From positions 1-53,919 of the forward strand of contig JAWXCH010000189.1 of NCBI GenBank assembly GCA_034440595.1: a DNA stretch of 53,919 nucleotides, read 5' to 3'. The notes beneath the pieces were generated by a model. The model saw only the letters and a program-made list of their open reading frames with translations, did not search any database and was not told the origin of the DNA. Numbering within the stretch: the first letter of the stretch is position 1; the number at the start of each line of letters is the position of its first letter. This document shows positions 7,329 to 17,278 of the stretch, piece by piece. The stretch is from Planctomycetota bacterium. GTDB taxonomy: Bacteria; Planctomycetota; Planctomycetia; Pirellulales; JALHPA01. The position numbers and the translations under genes were made by a program.

Positions 7329-10212
7329 ACGACTTCCGCCTCAACCGGGCGAATGGATTCAGCGAGATAAAGCGGTTGAGTTTCGTTTCGAGGGGCGGGA
7401 GTATACCGGTTTCCAAGGTGATGTTTTGTCTAGCGCGCTTTGGGCCAACGGGATCAATGTTCTCGGCAGAAGCTTTAAGTATCATCGGCCCCGCGGCATC
7501 TATTCACTGGCTGGCCACGACGCCAATGTAGTGGTCGAGGATCGCCTGCGGTCAAATCTGCGCGGTGACGTGCTACCGATCCGTGGCGGGATGGACTTGC
7601 GCGCAGTCAACACCGGGGGAGGTCTGGCCGGCGACCGCTATCGCATCATGGAGTGGCTAAGTCCATTTTTGCCTGTCGGATTTTACTACAAAGCCTTTCA
7701 CACGCCGCGCCGCTTTTTCCGCTTTTACGAAGGCCTGATGCGGCGGGCAGCCGGCCTGGGACGCATCCACGTTGGCGCTCGGGCAGACATGTCGCGGAAA
7801 GACTATGCTTTTTGCGATTTACTCGTTGTTGGCGCAGGACCATCCGGTTTATCCGCAGCGATAGCCGCGGCCGAAATGGGGGCCACGGTTCTACTGGTCG
7901 ATGACCAGCCGCGGCCCGGCGGAAGTTTGTGCTGGCAGCATCTTGATGCACCGGAAAGTCGAAGCGACCTTCTTGAAAAGGCCTGTGCGCTTCCTAATCT
8001 GGAAATTCGCAGCAATACGCAAGCCGCTGGCTGGTATGCAGATCAATGGGTTGCCCTCGTCGATGACCGACGTTTGACCAAACTCCGCACTAGAGCGACT
8101 CTCGTTGCCTCTGGTTGTATCGAGCAACCCGCCGTATTTCACAACAACGATTTGCCTGGCGTCATGCTCGCGTCGGCCGCCCAACGGCTAATGAAGCTCT
8201 ACTCAGTGAAGCCATGTGATCGTGCTGTGGTGTTGACCGCGAATGACGATGGATATCTTGCTGCGCTTGATTTAGCCGATGCTGGAGTGGTCGTCGCGGC
8301 TGTCGTCGACTTGCGGCCCGCCCAGTCATGTACGCCTGTTGCCGCAGAGGTCGCGGCCCATGGGATTGAGATTCTAAAGGGGCAGGCTGTGTACGAGGCG
8401 GTCGTGTCGCGCAGTAAGAATGGCATCGCAGCAGCCGTTGTTTGCTGCCTTGATCAAAATGGCCAACCACGACTATCTTCGGCCCGTAGAATACTTTGCG
8501 ATGGCATCGCGGTCAGTGTCGGCTGGGCCCCCAACGCGAGCATTCTGGCCCAAGCTGGGACGCGATTTCGATACGATTCGCAACTACAGCAACTAGCGCC
8601 GCACGATCTTCCCCGTGGGGTTTTTGCTGCCGGTCGCGTCAACGGAATATTTGCGCTAGAGGAGCGCATTGCCGACGGTCGCCAAGCCGGTTTGGCCGCT
8701 GTGGCCTTTTTGGGCCACCAAATTGAGGTCCCGGCTTCAGTGCCCCGATCTCGTACAGCGCATAGTCACGCGTATCCCATTTTCGATCATCCCCATAAGA
8801 AAAACTTTGTCGACCTCGACGAAGACTTGCAGTTGGTGGACTTATTGAATGCTCATCAGGAAGGCTACGACAGCATTGAACTCATCAAGCGATATTCGAC
8901 CGTTGGCATGGGCCCCAGCCAGGGTAAACTTTCCAATATGAACGCCGTGCGCGTCGTAGCCCGGCTGAATGGACAATCACTCGATCAAACGGGAATGACC
9001 ACCGCGCGACCTTTCTACCAGCCGGTCAGCATCGCCAATCTAGCGGGTCGTCGATTTCATCCGTATCGTCTAACCCCAATGGACGGTTGGCATCGTCAGG
9101 CAGGTGCCGTCATGGTCCCGGTCGGGACTTGGTTTCGACCGGAGTACTACGCCACGAAGGAGAAAAGTCGCGCCGATTGCGTCCTGGAAGAAGCCCGGGA
9201 AGTTCGCCGCGGAGTGGGCCTGATCGATATAAGTACACTGTGCAAGTTTGAAGTCGCTGGACCGGACGCGGCGCGGTTTCTGGAACAAATATACACTGGA
9301 AGGTTCGCCCGGCAAAACATCGGGAGGATGCGGTATGCGCTGGCCTGCGACGAGATGGGCTACGTGACCGAGGAAGGGGTCGTCGCTCGCTTAGCGGAGG
9401 ATCGGTTTTACGTGACTGCGAGCACGGCCGGTGGTGAAGCCTTCTATCGGGAAATGCAGCGGTGGGCAATCGTGTTTCATATGAATGTGGTTTTATCGAA
9501 CGTTACCGCGCATATGGCTGCTATTAATGTCGCCGGGCCGCGGGCGCGCGGTGTGTTGGCCGAAATTGCTGAAGTCGATATTGGTGCTACTGAGTTTCCC
9601 TTTGCACACGTTCGAGACATGGTGGTCGCCGGCGTCGCCGCAATTGTCATGCGAGTTGGCTTCGTCGGAGAGCTGAGTTACGAGATTCACGTGCCCGCAG
9701 ACAAAGCTGCCGGAGTCTGGGACGCGTTAATTCTCGCCGGAAGAAATTCCGGCATACGTCCTTTTGGCACCGAGGCGCAGCGGCTTTTGCGACTTGAAAA
9801 AGGTCACCTGATCGCTGGGCACGATACAGACCCATTAACCACTCCTTTTGAAGCGCAGCTCGACTGGGCCGTGGATATGAACAAGTCGTTCTTTATCGGC
9901 CAACGAAGCTTAAGGATTCATGCAGGGCGGCCACTCGAGCGACGACTGGTTGGGATTGCGTTTGCATATGGATATTTAGGAGAGCTGCCCGAAGAATGCC
10001 GACTTATCGTCAATCGTGGACAAATAGCCGGCCGAGTTACAAGCATAGCAGGGCGGACCACCGTCGGTGGCCCGATTGGCCTAGCCTTTGTCCGGCCAGA
10101 TTTAGCGGAGCCGGGCACTTCCTTATGCATCCGGGTCGATGCTCGAGAAATGTCGGAGGCCCAGGTCGTCCGCCTGCCGTTCTATGATCCGGATAATACT
10201 CGCCAAACTTAA
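7321..10212 (+). CDS. soxA: Sarcosine oxidase family, alpha subunit (with GcvT-like folate domain)
   Basis: Dinucleotide fold VVGAGPSGLSAAIAAAE and a C-terminal aminomethyltransferase-like region (GLIDISTLCKFEVAGPDAARFLEQIYT). The probable ATG at 7321 overlaps the soxD end by 8 nt. The ORF is open from 7303. Confidence 0.9.
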   Translation: MSRRLPPQPGEWIQRDKAVEFRFEGREYTGFQGDVLSSALWANGINVLGRSFKYHRPRGIYSLAGHDANVVVEDRLRSNLRGDVLPIRGGMDLRAVNTGGGLAGDRYRIMEWLSPFLPVGFYYKAFHTPRRFFRFYEGLMRRAAGLGRIHVGARADMSRKDYAFCDLLVVGAGPSGLSAAIAAAEMGATVLLVDDQPRPGGSLCWQHLDAPESRSDLLEKACALPNLEIRSNTQAAGWYADQWVALVDDRRLTKLRTRATLVASGCIEQPAVFHNNDLPGVMLASAAQRLMKLYSVKPCDRAVVLTANDDGYLAALDLADAGVVVAAVVDLRPAQSCTPVAAEVAAHGIEILKGQAVYEAVVSRSKNGIAAAVVCCLDQNGQPRLSSARRILCDGIAVSVGWAPNASILAQAGTRFRYDSQLQQLAPHDLPRGVFAAGRVNGIFALEERIADGRQAGLAAVAFLGHQIEVPASVPRSRTAHSHAYPIFDHPHKKNFVDLDEDLQLVDLLNAHQEGYDSIELIKRYSTVGMGPSQGKLSNMNAVRVVARLNGQSLDQTGMTTARPFYQPVSIANLAGRRFHPYRLTPMDGWHRQAGAVMVPVGTWFRPEYYATKEKSRADCVLEEAREVRRGVGLIDISTLCKFEVAGPDAARFLEQIYTGRFARQNIGRMRYALACDEMGYVTEEGVVARLAEDRFYVTASTAGGEAFYREMQRWAIVFHMNVVLSNVTAHMAAINVAGPRARGVLAEIAEVDIGATEFPFAHVRDMVVAGVAAIVMRVGFVGELSYEIHVPADKAAGVWDALILAGRNSGIRPFGTEAQRLLRLEKGHLIAGHDTDPLTTPFEAQLDWAVDMNKSFFIGQRSLRIHAGRPLERRLVGIAFAYGYLGELPEECRLIVNRGQIAGRVTSIAGRTTVGGPIGLAFVRPDLAEPGTSLCIRVDAREMSEAQVVRLPFYDPDNTRQT

Positions 10213-10217
10213 GTCCA

Positions 10218-10775
10218 ATGTCGAGAACCACAATTCAGATTAATCACTTTGGCGTATTGCCTAGGTTGGGGCTAAAGGGCCCTGGCGTCGCACGTTGGCT
10301 CGGCGTCCAGTCCATCACGACGCCGAGCGACATCTTATCCGCCGTTCCCATTGCTGGTGACGCTTGGATTGCACGACTCGCTGCAGTGGAATATCTAATC
10401 GAAGGTAACACCGACAGCGACCTTGTGTCCGATCTGCGGGGCCGCTTGTCGCCTTTGCCATCGGGGATTCTCCTTATTCCTCGGTGTGACGTGACGTTTT
10501 TGCTCGCCGGATCTAACGCCCGATCTGTCTCTGCGCAGACATGCGGCATCGATTTCCGGCTTGCGCAGCCACAACGTTTGGTTTTCTCGCGTGTCGCAGG
10601 CGTTAGCTGCGGGATTTTACCCGAAGTAACGAATGGCTTAATCAATTACCGGATGTGGGTTGAACTCAGCTACGCCGCCTATTTATGGGAGACGCTAGCT
10701 GGAATCGTCACAGAACTGGGGGGAATGATCCACCCGCAGACCGATACATGTTCCGGGCCTCACAGCCTCTCCTGA
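10218..10775 (+). CDS. soxG: Sarcosine oxidase family, gamma subunit
   Basis: 185 aa, 5 nt after soxA, completing the canonical B-D-A-G order. Contains the LGLKGPGVARWL motif typical of gamma subunits. Confidence 0.8.
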   Translation: MSRTTIQINHFGVLPRLGLKGPGVARWLGVQSITTPSDILSAVPIAGDAWIARLAAVEYLIEGNTDSDLVSDLRGRLSPLPSGILLIPRCDVTFLLAGSNARSVSAQTCGIDFRLAQPQRLVFSRVAGVSCGILPEVTNGLINYRMWVELSYAAYLWETLAGIVTELGGMIHPQTDTCSGPHSLS

Positions 10776-10797
10776 GTATCGCTGATATCCGACTAAT

Positions 10798-12390
10798 CTA
10801 CCGGGCTAGAACCGCGCCGGGGCGATTGGATGTTGCTCCTTCTGGAGTAACGACGAGTTGTCCATTGACGAAGACATAGTCAATTCCGGTCGGGAAGCGA
10901 TGCGGGTCACTAAAAGTAGATTGATCGCTAATTTCCGCGGGGTCGAATACCACGATGTCTGCTTTTTTACCGCGAGCAATCACCCCCCGATCTTTTAACC
11001 CGAGTCTGGCGGCAGGTGCACCGCTCATCTTCCGAACAGCAGCTTCCAACGACAGCGCGCCTAACTCTCGTACATACCGACCGAGTACCCGGGGAAAAGT
11101 GCCATAGTACCGTGGGTGCGGCTTTGTCTGAAGCGACTGACCACGAGGCGAAATCGCAGCGCCGTCCGAGCCAATCATGCTGAGGGGATGGGAGAGAAAG
11201 AATTGGACATCCGCCTCATCTCGGTTAAACATCACAACACTGACGTCGTTTTGCTGCGACTCGATCAAGTGAAGAAAACAGTCGATAGGCTCGACCTGCA
11301 AGGCATCGGCCACTTCAGCAATTGTTTGTCCGACAAATCTATGGTAGGCCGTTTCCCGTACGTGAGCCAACTGGATGCGATCCCACTGCCACGGAATTCC
11401 ATTAAACCAGCCCTCACACGCAGCGGCTCGGATGCGTGCGCGCTCGATTGGATTGCGCAATCGGTTCAACAACATCTCCGTCCCGTCGGACAAAGCAAAA
11501 TCGGGTAACAGCTGGTCGCACTTTGTTGCTCCCGCGGTATACGGGTATACGTCATAAAGCACATCCACGCCTGCAGAACGGGCCTGCTCCATCATCTCCA
11601 CAATCTTCTTTGATTGGCCGAAGTAGCGACTGTCAATAATTGTTTGATGGCTGATCTGGACGGGTATTTCAGCTCGGCGTCCGATCTGGATGGCTTCTTC
11701 AACAGCCTTAAAGTGATAACCGGCCCACAAGCGGCTGTGCGTTGCATAGAAGCCGCCTTTAGTCGCTACGACTCGCGAAATCTCTATCAACTCGTCGGTA
11801 CGCGCATAAGAACTCGGTGCTAAGGTTAAACCCGTGCTCACTCCGAAAGCACCCTGGTCCATGGCCTGTGCGGCTAGATTCCCCATCCGGTTTAACTCGC
11901 TCGCGGTTGGCGCGCGATTCTCCGCTTCCATGGCAGCAATCCGGATTGAGCCATGCCCTACCAAAGGCACCACATTCACCGCGACGCCAATCTCTTCCAC
12001 GCAGCGGCGAAAACCTTCAAGATCGCTCCAATGCCAATCCGCAGTGCATTGTCCCTGCGTCAGACATGGTGTCATAAACTCTTTGACAGCGGGAGTAACT
12101 GGGTATGGCGAGTACGAACAATTCCCTACAACCTCCGTCGTAATTCCTTGGCGCACTCGACTTGCTGCCTCGGGATAGGCCAGTAGGGTGAGGTCAGAGT
12201 GAGTATGAATGTCGATGAATCCAGGTGATACGATCTTGCTTGAGGCGTCGATTACTTGCTTCGCACCGGCCGAAGGCATTTTACCAACAGCTGCGATCGA
12301 ATCGCCCACAATGCCAACATCTTCTTGCCGGCGAATATCGCCGGTTCCATCGACCAGCGTACCACCCAAAATCAAAATGTCGAATTTCAT
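10798..12390 (-). CDS. N-acyl-D-amino-acid deacylase (D-aminoacylase) family amidohydrolase
   Basis: MKFDILILGGTLVDGTG...GFIDIHTHSD (HxH metal motif) and DIVVFDP near the C-terminus. Length is 530 aa, typical of the family. Confidence 0.85.
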   Translation of the reverse strand: MKFDILILGGTLVDGTGDIRRQEDVGIVGDSIAAVGKMPSAGAKQVIDASSKIVSPGFIDIHTHSDLTLLAYPEAASRVRQGITTEVVGNCSYSPYPVTPAVKEFMTPCLTQGQCTADWHWSDLEGFRRCVEEIGVAVNVVPLVGHGSIRIAAMEAENRAPTASELNRMGNLAAQAMDQGAFGVSTGLTLAPSSYARTDELIEISRVVATKGGFYATHSRLWAGYHFKAVEEAIQIGRRAEIPVQISHQTIIDSRYFGQSKKIVEMMEQARSAGVDVLYDVYPYTAGATKCDQLLPDFALSDGTEMLLNRLRNPIERARIRAAACEGWFNGIPWQWDRIQLAHVRETAYHRFVGQTIAEVADALQVEPIDCFLHLIESQQNDVSVVMFNRDEADVQFFLSHPLSMIGSDGAAISPRGQSLQTKPHPRYYGTFPRVLGRYVRELGALSLEAAVRKMSGAPAARLGLKDRGVIARGKKADIVVFDPAEISDQSTFSDPHRFPTGIDYVFVNGQLVVTPEGATSNRPGAVLAR

Positions 12391-12498
12391 AGTAATTATC
12401 GTGATAGCTGCAATTTATCGTTGTTCGAGTACGCTGGGAATTTCAAAATGCCGAACGTTCCAATGTAGCAATGTTGGAGGATACACCTCAATCGACGG

Positions 12499-13290
12499 TT
12501 AGGTCGTTTTTTCTGATTGAGGCCCTCGGCGTGTCCACCAAGGCAGCGAAAAGCCGCCATCGATGAGCAGCGAACTACCTGTGATGTAATCACTGGCGGG
12601 GTCACACAGAAACACGACGCCGCGAGCAATTTCGTCGGGCCGCGCCAATCGACCCCAAACCAGTTTTGCTTCCGCTTTTGCAAGTTCTTCGCCGCCGGTC
12701 AAATTGCGCTCACCTGGGGTGTCGGTGCAACCTGGATAAACCAGATTGACTCGGATTCGATGTATTGCGAGTTCTAGTGCGGCAGTTTTGGCCATTTGAT
12801 CCAGGGCGGCTTTTGCCATGTTATACGCCATCGAATCCGCGACTGGAACAAAAGCGTGCGGCGAGCTAATGCCGACAATGGCACCACCTTGGCCTTTCCT
12901 AATCATATTCCGGGCCGCGGCGCGAAACACGTGAAAGGCCCCCCACATCGTCACATCGACAGTACGATGGAATCGCTCCAAATCCGCTTCGCAAAAGGCC
13001 GCCCGATCACTGTAGGCGGCGTTGGCCACGGCTATGTCAACGCTTCCCAGCTCTAGTTCGACATTGGCGATCATGGCCTCCACTGCGGCTAGATCCGCGA
13101 CGTCACCCTGACACAGCAATGCCCGACGGCCAGCCTGAACCACCAGTTGGGCAACGTGCTCGGCCTCCTCGGTATGCGTGTTAAAGTTGATCGCTACATC
13201 TGCGCCCGCCTGCGCTAAGGAACTGGCGATCGCTCGGCCGATGCCGCGGCTGGCGCCGGAAACAAACGCAACTTTGCCGGTCAAATTCAT
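12499..13290 (-). CDS. Short-chain dehydrogenase/reductase (FabG-like)
   Basis: GKVAFVSGASRGIGRAIA cofactor motif and YNMAK catalytic motif. Length is 263 aa. Confidence 0.9.
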   Translation of the reverse strand: MNLTGKVAFVSGASRGIGRAIASSLAQAGADVAINFNTHTEEAEHVAQLVVQAGRRALLCQGDVADLAAVEAMIANVELELGSVDIAVANAAYSDRAAFCEADLERFHRTVDVTMWGAFHVFRAAARNMIRKGQGGAIVGISSPHAFVPVADSMAYNMAKAALDQMAKTAALELAIHRIRVNLVYPGCTDTPGERNLTGGEELAKAEAKLVWGRLARPDEIARGVVFLCDPASDYITGSSLLIDGGFSLPWWTRRGPQSEKTT

Positions 13291-13304
13291 CGCGATGGGA
13301 GTTC

Positions 13305-14330
13305 CTAGCGTAGTCTCGTATCATCTGTATCAAAGGTTGTTAGGTCCGTCCAGCTTTTCGTCTCCACAGAACGATGGATGGCTAAATTTACCCGCAGGGT
13401 CTGAACGCCTTCATCGAGCGTGCAAAGGGGCGTTTGCCCTCGTTCCGCGGCATCGAGGAACGAGGTAAGTTGCGTCATAAACAAGTTGTCTCGCTCAAGT
13501 TTGGGGGCGGGCTGATTATGCCATTCACTGTTCGGCTGAACCATCCAGCGAAAACGATTCTGGTCGAACTCGCACCGCAGCGTGCCCCGTTCACAAACGA
13601 TCGTAATCGTAGTTTCATTCGGGGCCTGATGCTGGTTCAGTGCGTAGCAGGCAAGAACACCTCGATGGCGAGCGATCACATGGACAGTGTCTTCCACCTC
13701 AACGTCCGGAACTACGCAATGTTCCGCATCTGCGACGACTCGATCGATCGGCCCGATGAGCCATTCGGCAGCGTTGATAAAATGGGTCAGTGCATCTTGT
13801 ATCGCACCGCCGCCGCTCGCGCGGTCTCTATAATATGTGTTGCGATAGGCTGGCCGATAGAATGGAAAATTTTGCCCGGTCACGGCCACGAGTTGCAGCG
13901 GTTGGCCGAAACGACCTGAGTGCAAGGCCTCGCGCATGGCAATCAGGTTCGGGTTTGCCCTCAGGACGTAAGCGACTGCCACTATAACGTTGTGCTGGAT
14001 GACGGCTTGCATGAGTTGACCGACGCCGTCAAGCGACGTACTGAGCGGCTTCTCGATCAGTACATCGATCCCACATTCAGCAAGGCGCGTCGCCAGAACT
14101 ACATGAAGATGCGCGGGTACGCAGATTACCGCCGCAGTGGGACGAGCCGCCAGCGCACTATCAAAATCGGCATAGACCTGCTGAATGCCGTAGCGCCCGG
14201 CGATCGCGTGCCGTAAATCCGCATCAATTTCGCAGATAGCTAGTTCGGCGCGCCCAGTACGTTGAGCGCATCGCAAGTGTCGCTCGCCGATTGAGCCTAC
14301 TCCAACAATTAGCAGGCGCTGAGTTGCCAT
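13305..14330 (-). CDS. Gfo/Idh/MocA-family NAD(P)-dependent oxidoreductase
   Basis: LLIVGVGSIGERH Rossmann start and the family EKP motif (VLIEKPLS). The ORF is open from GTG 14393, and ATG 14330 gives the typical N-terminus. Confidence 0.85.
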   Translation of the reverse strand: MATQRLLIVGVGSIGERHLRCAQRTGRAELAICEIDADLRHAIAGRYGIQQVYADFDSALAARPTAAVICVPAHLHVVLATRLAECGIDVLIEKPLSTSLDGVGQLMQAVIQHNVIVAVAYVLRANPNLIAMREALHSGRFGQPLQLVAVTGQNFPFYRPAYRNTYYRDRASGGGAIQDALTHFINAAEWLIGPIDRVVADAEHCVVPDVEVEDTVHVIARHRGVLACYALNQHQAPNETTITIVCERGTLRCEFDQNRFRWMVQPNSEWHNQPAPKLERDNLFMTQLTSFLDAAERGQTPLCTLDEGVQTLRVNLAIHRSVETKSWTDLTTFDTDDTRLR

Positions 14331-14451
14331 GTCGGTGAATGTAGGATCAAAACTGTCAAAAAACTTCGCGCCCGCCAAGCTGACCGCCAACACGTGTGCC
14401 CTTACGCCCGTAATTGCTCACTGTGTTATTGGAACAGGATGAAGGCGGCAC

Positions 14452-15267
14452 TCAAAACGTGGTGGCGATGCCTCGTTGGGATAACTGCGCCTTCAGGCTA
14501 GCCCGGTAGCGGGCTAGTGCTGTTTCGTCTGACACGGTCGAAGCCCCAAAACAAAACGTCGAAAGAGCGCGACGAGGTCGGTCCGTTTCATTTGGGCCAG
14601 TCCAGTGAATCGTGGCCGCGTTGTGGGCAACCGCGTCACCGGGTTCCAATTCTGCTGGCACGGCGTCGACGCTAGATATGTCGAAATTAGCCAACCCCTG
14701 GCTGAAACCCAAAACGCCACTGGCCATATGTGGCAGAACCCCCTTCTTATGCGAGCGTCGGCCATACCACAAACAGGCATTAGCTTGGTCGACCGAATCT
14801 AGGGCAATCCACAGTCCGCAGGCAATATTCGGTTTGCGGCACCAGTAGAATCCGTCCTGATGCGGCGGCGTTGCGGAACGGTCGTACGGCAATTTGTTGA
14901 ACCACTCGAGCCCTTGCGCCCGGAATCCATCCCGCAGAAAGTGCTCTAACAGCGGCACATGCTTGCCGCCGTTCATAAACTCGCTAAACCACTCGTCGTG
15001 CTTATCGAGCGATTGAATCTTTCGCAGTGTTTCGGGCTTTGAATAGTCGTCGAAGAAGGCAGCATCCTGCGGCAGCGCAGGAATTATCTCCTTGACGTAG
15101 CGGTCGACTTGCGCTTTCAACTCATCGATCTCTCGAGCGGAAAATAAGCCGCGAATAATCACGAACCCGTCGGCATCGAACTTGTCTCGCAACACGTCGT
15201 AAGATTCCACGATGCACTCCCATGAAAATACTACTGCTGCGCTCGCAAAGAGCGAGACTCGATCCAT
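14452..15267 (-). CDS. Phytanoyl-CoA dioxygenase (PhyH)-family Fe(II)/2-oxoglutarate oxygenase
   Basis: FDADGFVIIRGLFSAREIDELK start and the HxD iron motif PPHQDGFYW. An internal GTG at 15210 is a possible true start. Confidence 0.8.
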   Translation of the reverse strand: MDRVSLFASAAVVFSWECIVESYDVLRDKFDADGFVIIRGLFSAREIDELKAQVDRYVKEIIPALPQDAAFFDDYSKPETLRKIQSLDKHDEWFSEFMNGGKHVPLLEHFLRDGFRAQGLEWFNKLPYDRSATPPHQDGFYWCRKPNIACGLWIALDSVDQANACLWYGRRSHKKGVLPHMASGVLGFSQGLANFDISSVDAVPAELEPGDAVAHNAATIHWTGPNETDRPRRALSTFCFGASTVSDETALARYRASLKAQLSQRGIATTF

Positions 15268-15391
15268 ATTTTAACGATCGGGGGCGGCTGTCGCTGACAT
15301 ACCGCGATTCCAATTCCTTCAGTAATCAGCGGCACAATCGAGAAATCGCAAACTAGATGTCATGCGATTCAGCCGCACATTCTTCCGGCGA

Positions 15392-16174
15392 TTAACGCGT
15401 TGCATTTGCGACAACTGGAGTTGCGAGCTGATCAGCTGGCGGCAGGTTGGCATAGATATTCTCGCCGGGCTCCCCGCGCGCCCAGAAGAGATTTATGTTC
15501 CGCCAATCAAAGTTAGTTGGTGAAATATAGTCCCGGTCGATGTGGATATGAGTTGGCACGTACTTAATGGTGATGCCGCAACGACGACGTGGCGAATGAT
15601 TCGCGTTCGAACCATGAAAGACGAACGGATTATGGACCGAAAACTGGCCAGCCCTGAGTTCGACATCGCGGGCCTGCGATAAATCAATGCCGTCGAGTGA
15701 CAGTGGCAATGTTGTAGCCGAAGTATTGTCAACATGATGGGGGTACAACGTCTTTGAGGAACTGGGGATCACTCGCATGCAGCCATTTTCGACGTCCGCG
15801 TCATCCGCAGCCAGCCAGAGCGTAAATGTCTCCATCGGCTCGATCGGAAAAAAGGCGGCGTCTTGATGCCAGGCAACCGCCAAGCCATCGTTGGGTCGCT
15901 TACTGATGATGTAAGACGTGAAGAGAGCTAAATCGGGCCCGAGCAATTGTTCGGCAATGTCCAAGAGCTTGTCGCTGAGAAATAGATCGCGGAAATACGG
16001 ATGGCCGTAGTGGACGGAAGACATATTTTCCGGTCGTTTACCTGGCGGGAGGCTGGCGATGAGTTGGTCGATTTCCTGACGCAGACGCGCCAGCTCGGCG
16101 TCGTCCAGAATGCGGTCACCGACCGCGTAACCTTCTTCATGATATTGCGATAGCTGGGCGGGACTTAACGGCAT
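15392..16174 (-). CDS. Phytanoyl-CoA dioxygenase (PhyH)-family Fe(II)/2-oxoglutarate oxygenase
   Basis: YHEEGYAVGDRILDDAELARLRQEID start and the HxD motif WHQDAAFFP. It is a distant paralogue of the adjacent gene. Confidence 0.85.
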   Translation of the reverse strand: MPLSPAQLSQYHEEGYAVGDRILDDAELARLRQEIDQLIASLPPGKRPENMSSVHYGHPYFRDLFLSDKLLDIAEQLLGPDLALFTSYIISKRPNDGLAVAWHQDAAFFPIEPMETFTLWLAADDADVENGCMRVIPSSSKTLYPHHVDNTSATTLPLSLDGIDLSQARDVELRAGQFSVHNPFVFHGSNANHSPRRRCGITIKYVPTHIHIDRDYISPTNFDWRNINLFWARGEPGENIYANLPPADQLATPVVANATR

Positions 16175-16186
16175 GAATCTCTCCTT

Positions 16187-17161
16187 TCAAATTGTCCGAG
16201 GATCGATTTCGTTCGCGCGAGAAACAGTGGCTGGCATTGGAGTCGCCGTCGACCTATCGTTCAAACGCCTCTCGCGTTTCGGCAGCACCCGCTCGCTCGA
16301 GTCCGCGACCGAAGTATATGGGGGCAGCAGCCGCAGTGGAAAGTCAGGAAGATGCGTCTTGATAATCAGCTTATCGTACGCGCCGTCCATATGTCCGGCT
16401 TCCCCGACCGTATCACGTAGTGTTTGGCCGACGCTGTCCATCTTATTGGCAAGGTTTTGCAAATCCGTACCCCGGGCGTTGAAGAATTCCCGGGCGAGTG
16501 CGAAGTCGGTGCACGCATAGCTGGCCAATAGCCCGCACTCAAACTCGTCGCGCATACTCGCGAAGCCTGGTTCTGTAAAAAAATACTGTAGCTCGGGCGC
16601 TTTTTGCAGCATGTCAACTCGAGTGCTATGATCGCCTCCGAATTTCACGGCAACTAAGTTGGGATGGGCTTGGCATAAACGCGCGTAATCACTTCCCGCG
16701 AGGACCCGATTCGATCGGCGCAAGTTGTAATGCAGAAAGCGGCAGCTGGGAAATCGGCCGCACGTTTCGCGGAAAAAGATATCTACTTCGCGATCAGTAA
16801 GGGCACCCCAGCACGGAAGGGAAATCTGGAAATCGCGGATTCCCAGCGTAGTGCTCCATTCAATTCGCTCGACAATGGTTGTAAGCGACAGGCTGATGAC
16901 GCCGACCATCGGACAGTCATTAATTCCCACCATCTCGGCATAGAACGCCTGCACAATTTTCTCAAACTGGCGATCGGATACTGCATAGCCCTCGCCGGCG
17001 GTACCAAACACATAGAGCCGGCGCGTGAGATTGTCGCGCAGCAGGCACACTTGCCTGCGAAACAGTTCCTCGTCGAAAGAGTAGTCGGGCTTCCAGGGAA
17101 CAACGCAAGTCGCCAGAATATCGACAGGATACCGTTTCGTAAGCAAGTTTCGTCGTGGCAC
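16187..17161 (-). CDS. DHDPS / N-acetylneuraminate-lyase-family class I aldolase/lyase
   Basis: FGTAGEGYAVSDRQFEKIV (GTxGE motif), HYNL (YNxP-like) and VAVKFGGD (Schiff-base Lys position). The start is GTG, 12 nt upstream of the next gene. Confidence 0.75.
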   Translation of the reverse strand: MPRRNLLTKRYPVDILATCVVPWKPDYSFDEELFRRQVCLLRDNLTRRLYVFGTAGEGYAVSDRQFEKIVQAFYAEMVGINDCPMVGVISLSLTTIVERIEWSTTLGIRDFQISLPCWGALTDREVDIFFRETCGRFPSCRFLHYNLRRSNRVLAGSDYARLCQAHPNLVAVKFGGDHSTRVDMLQKAPELQYFFTEPGFASMRDEFECGLLASYACTDFALAREFFNARGTDLQNLANKMDSVGQTLRDTVGEAGHMDGAYDKLIIKTHLPDFPLRLLPPYTSVADSSERVLPKRERRLNDRSTATPMPATVSRANEIDPRTI

Positions 17162-17278
17162 GATTGTGTATATGCCTAATGCAGTGTGAGCAAGACTCTT
17201 GCAAGCATTACTTCATTCTGTTCGGGTGAGTGCGTGGTGATTCATCGGTAAGTCGACGCCGCCACGCATCTCAAACTG

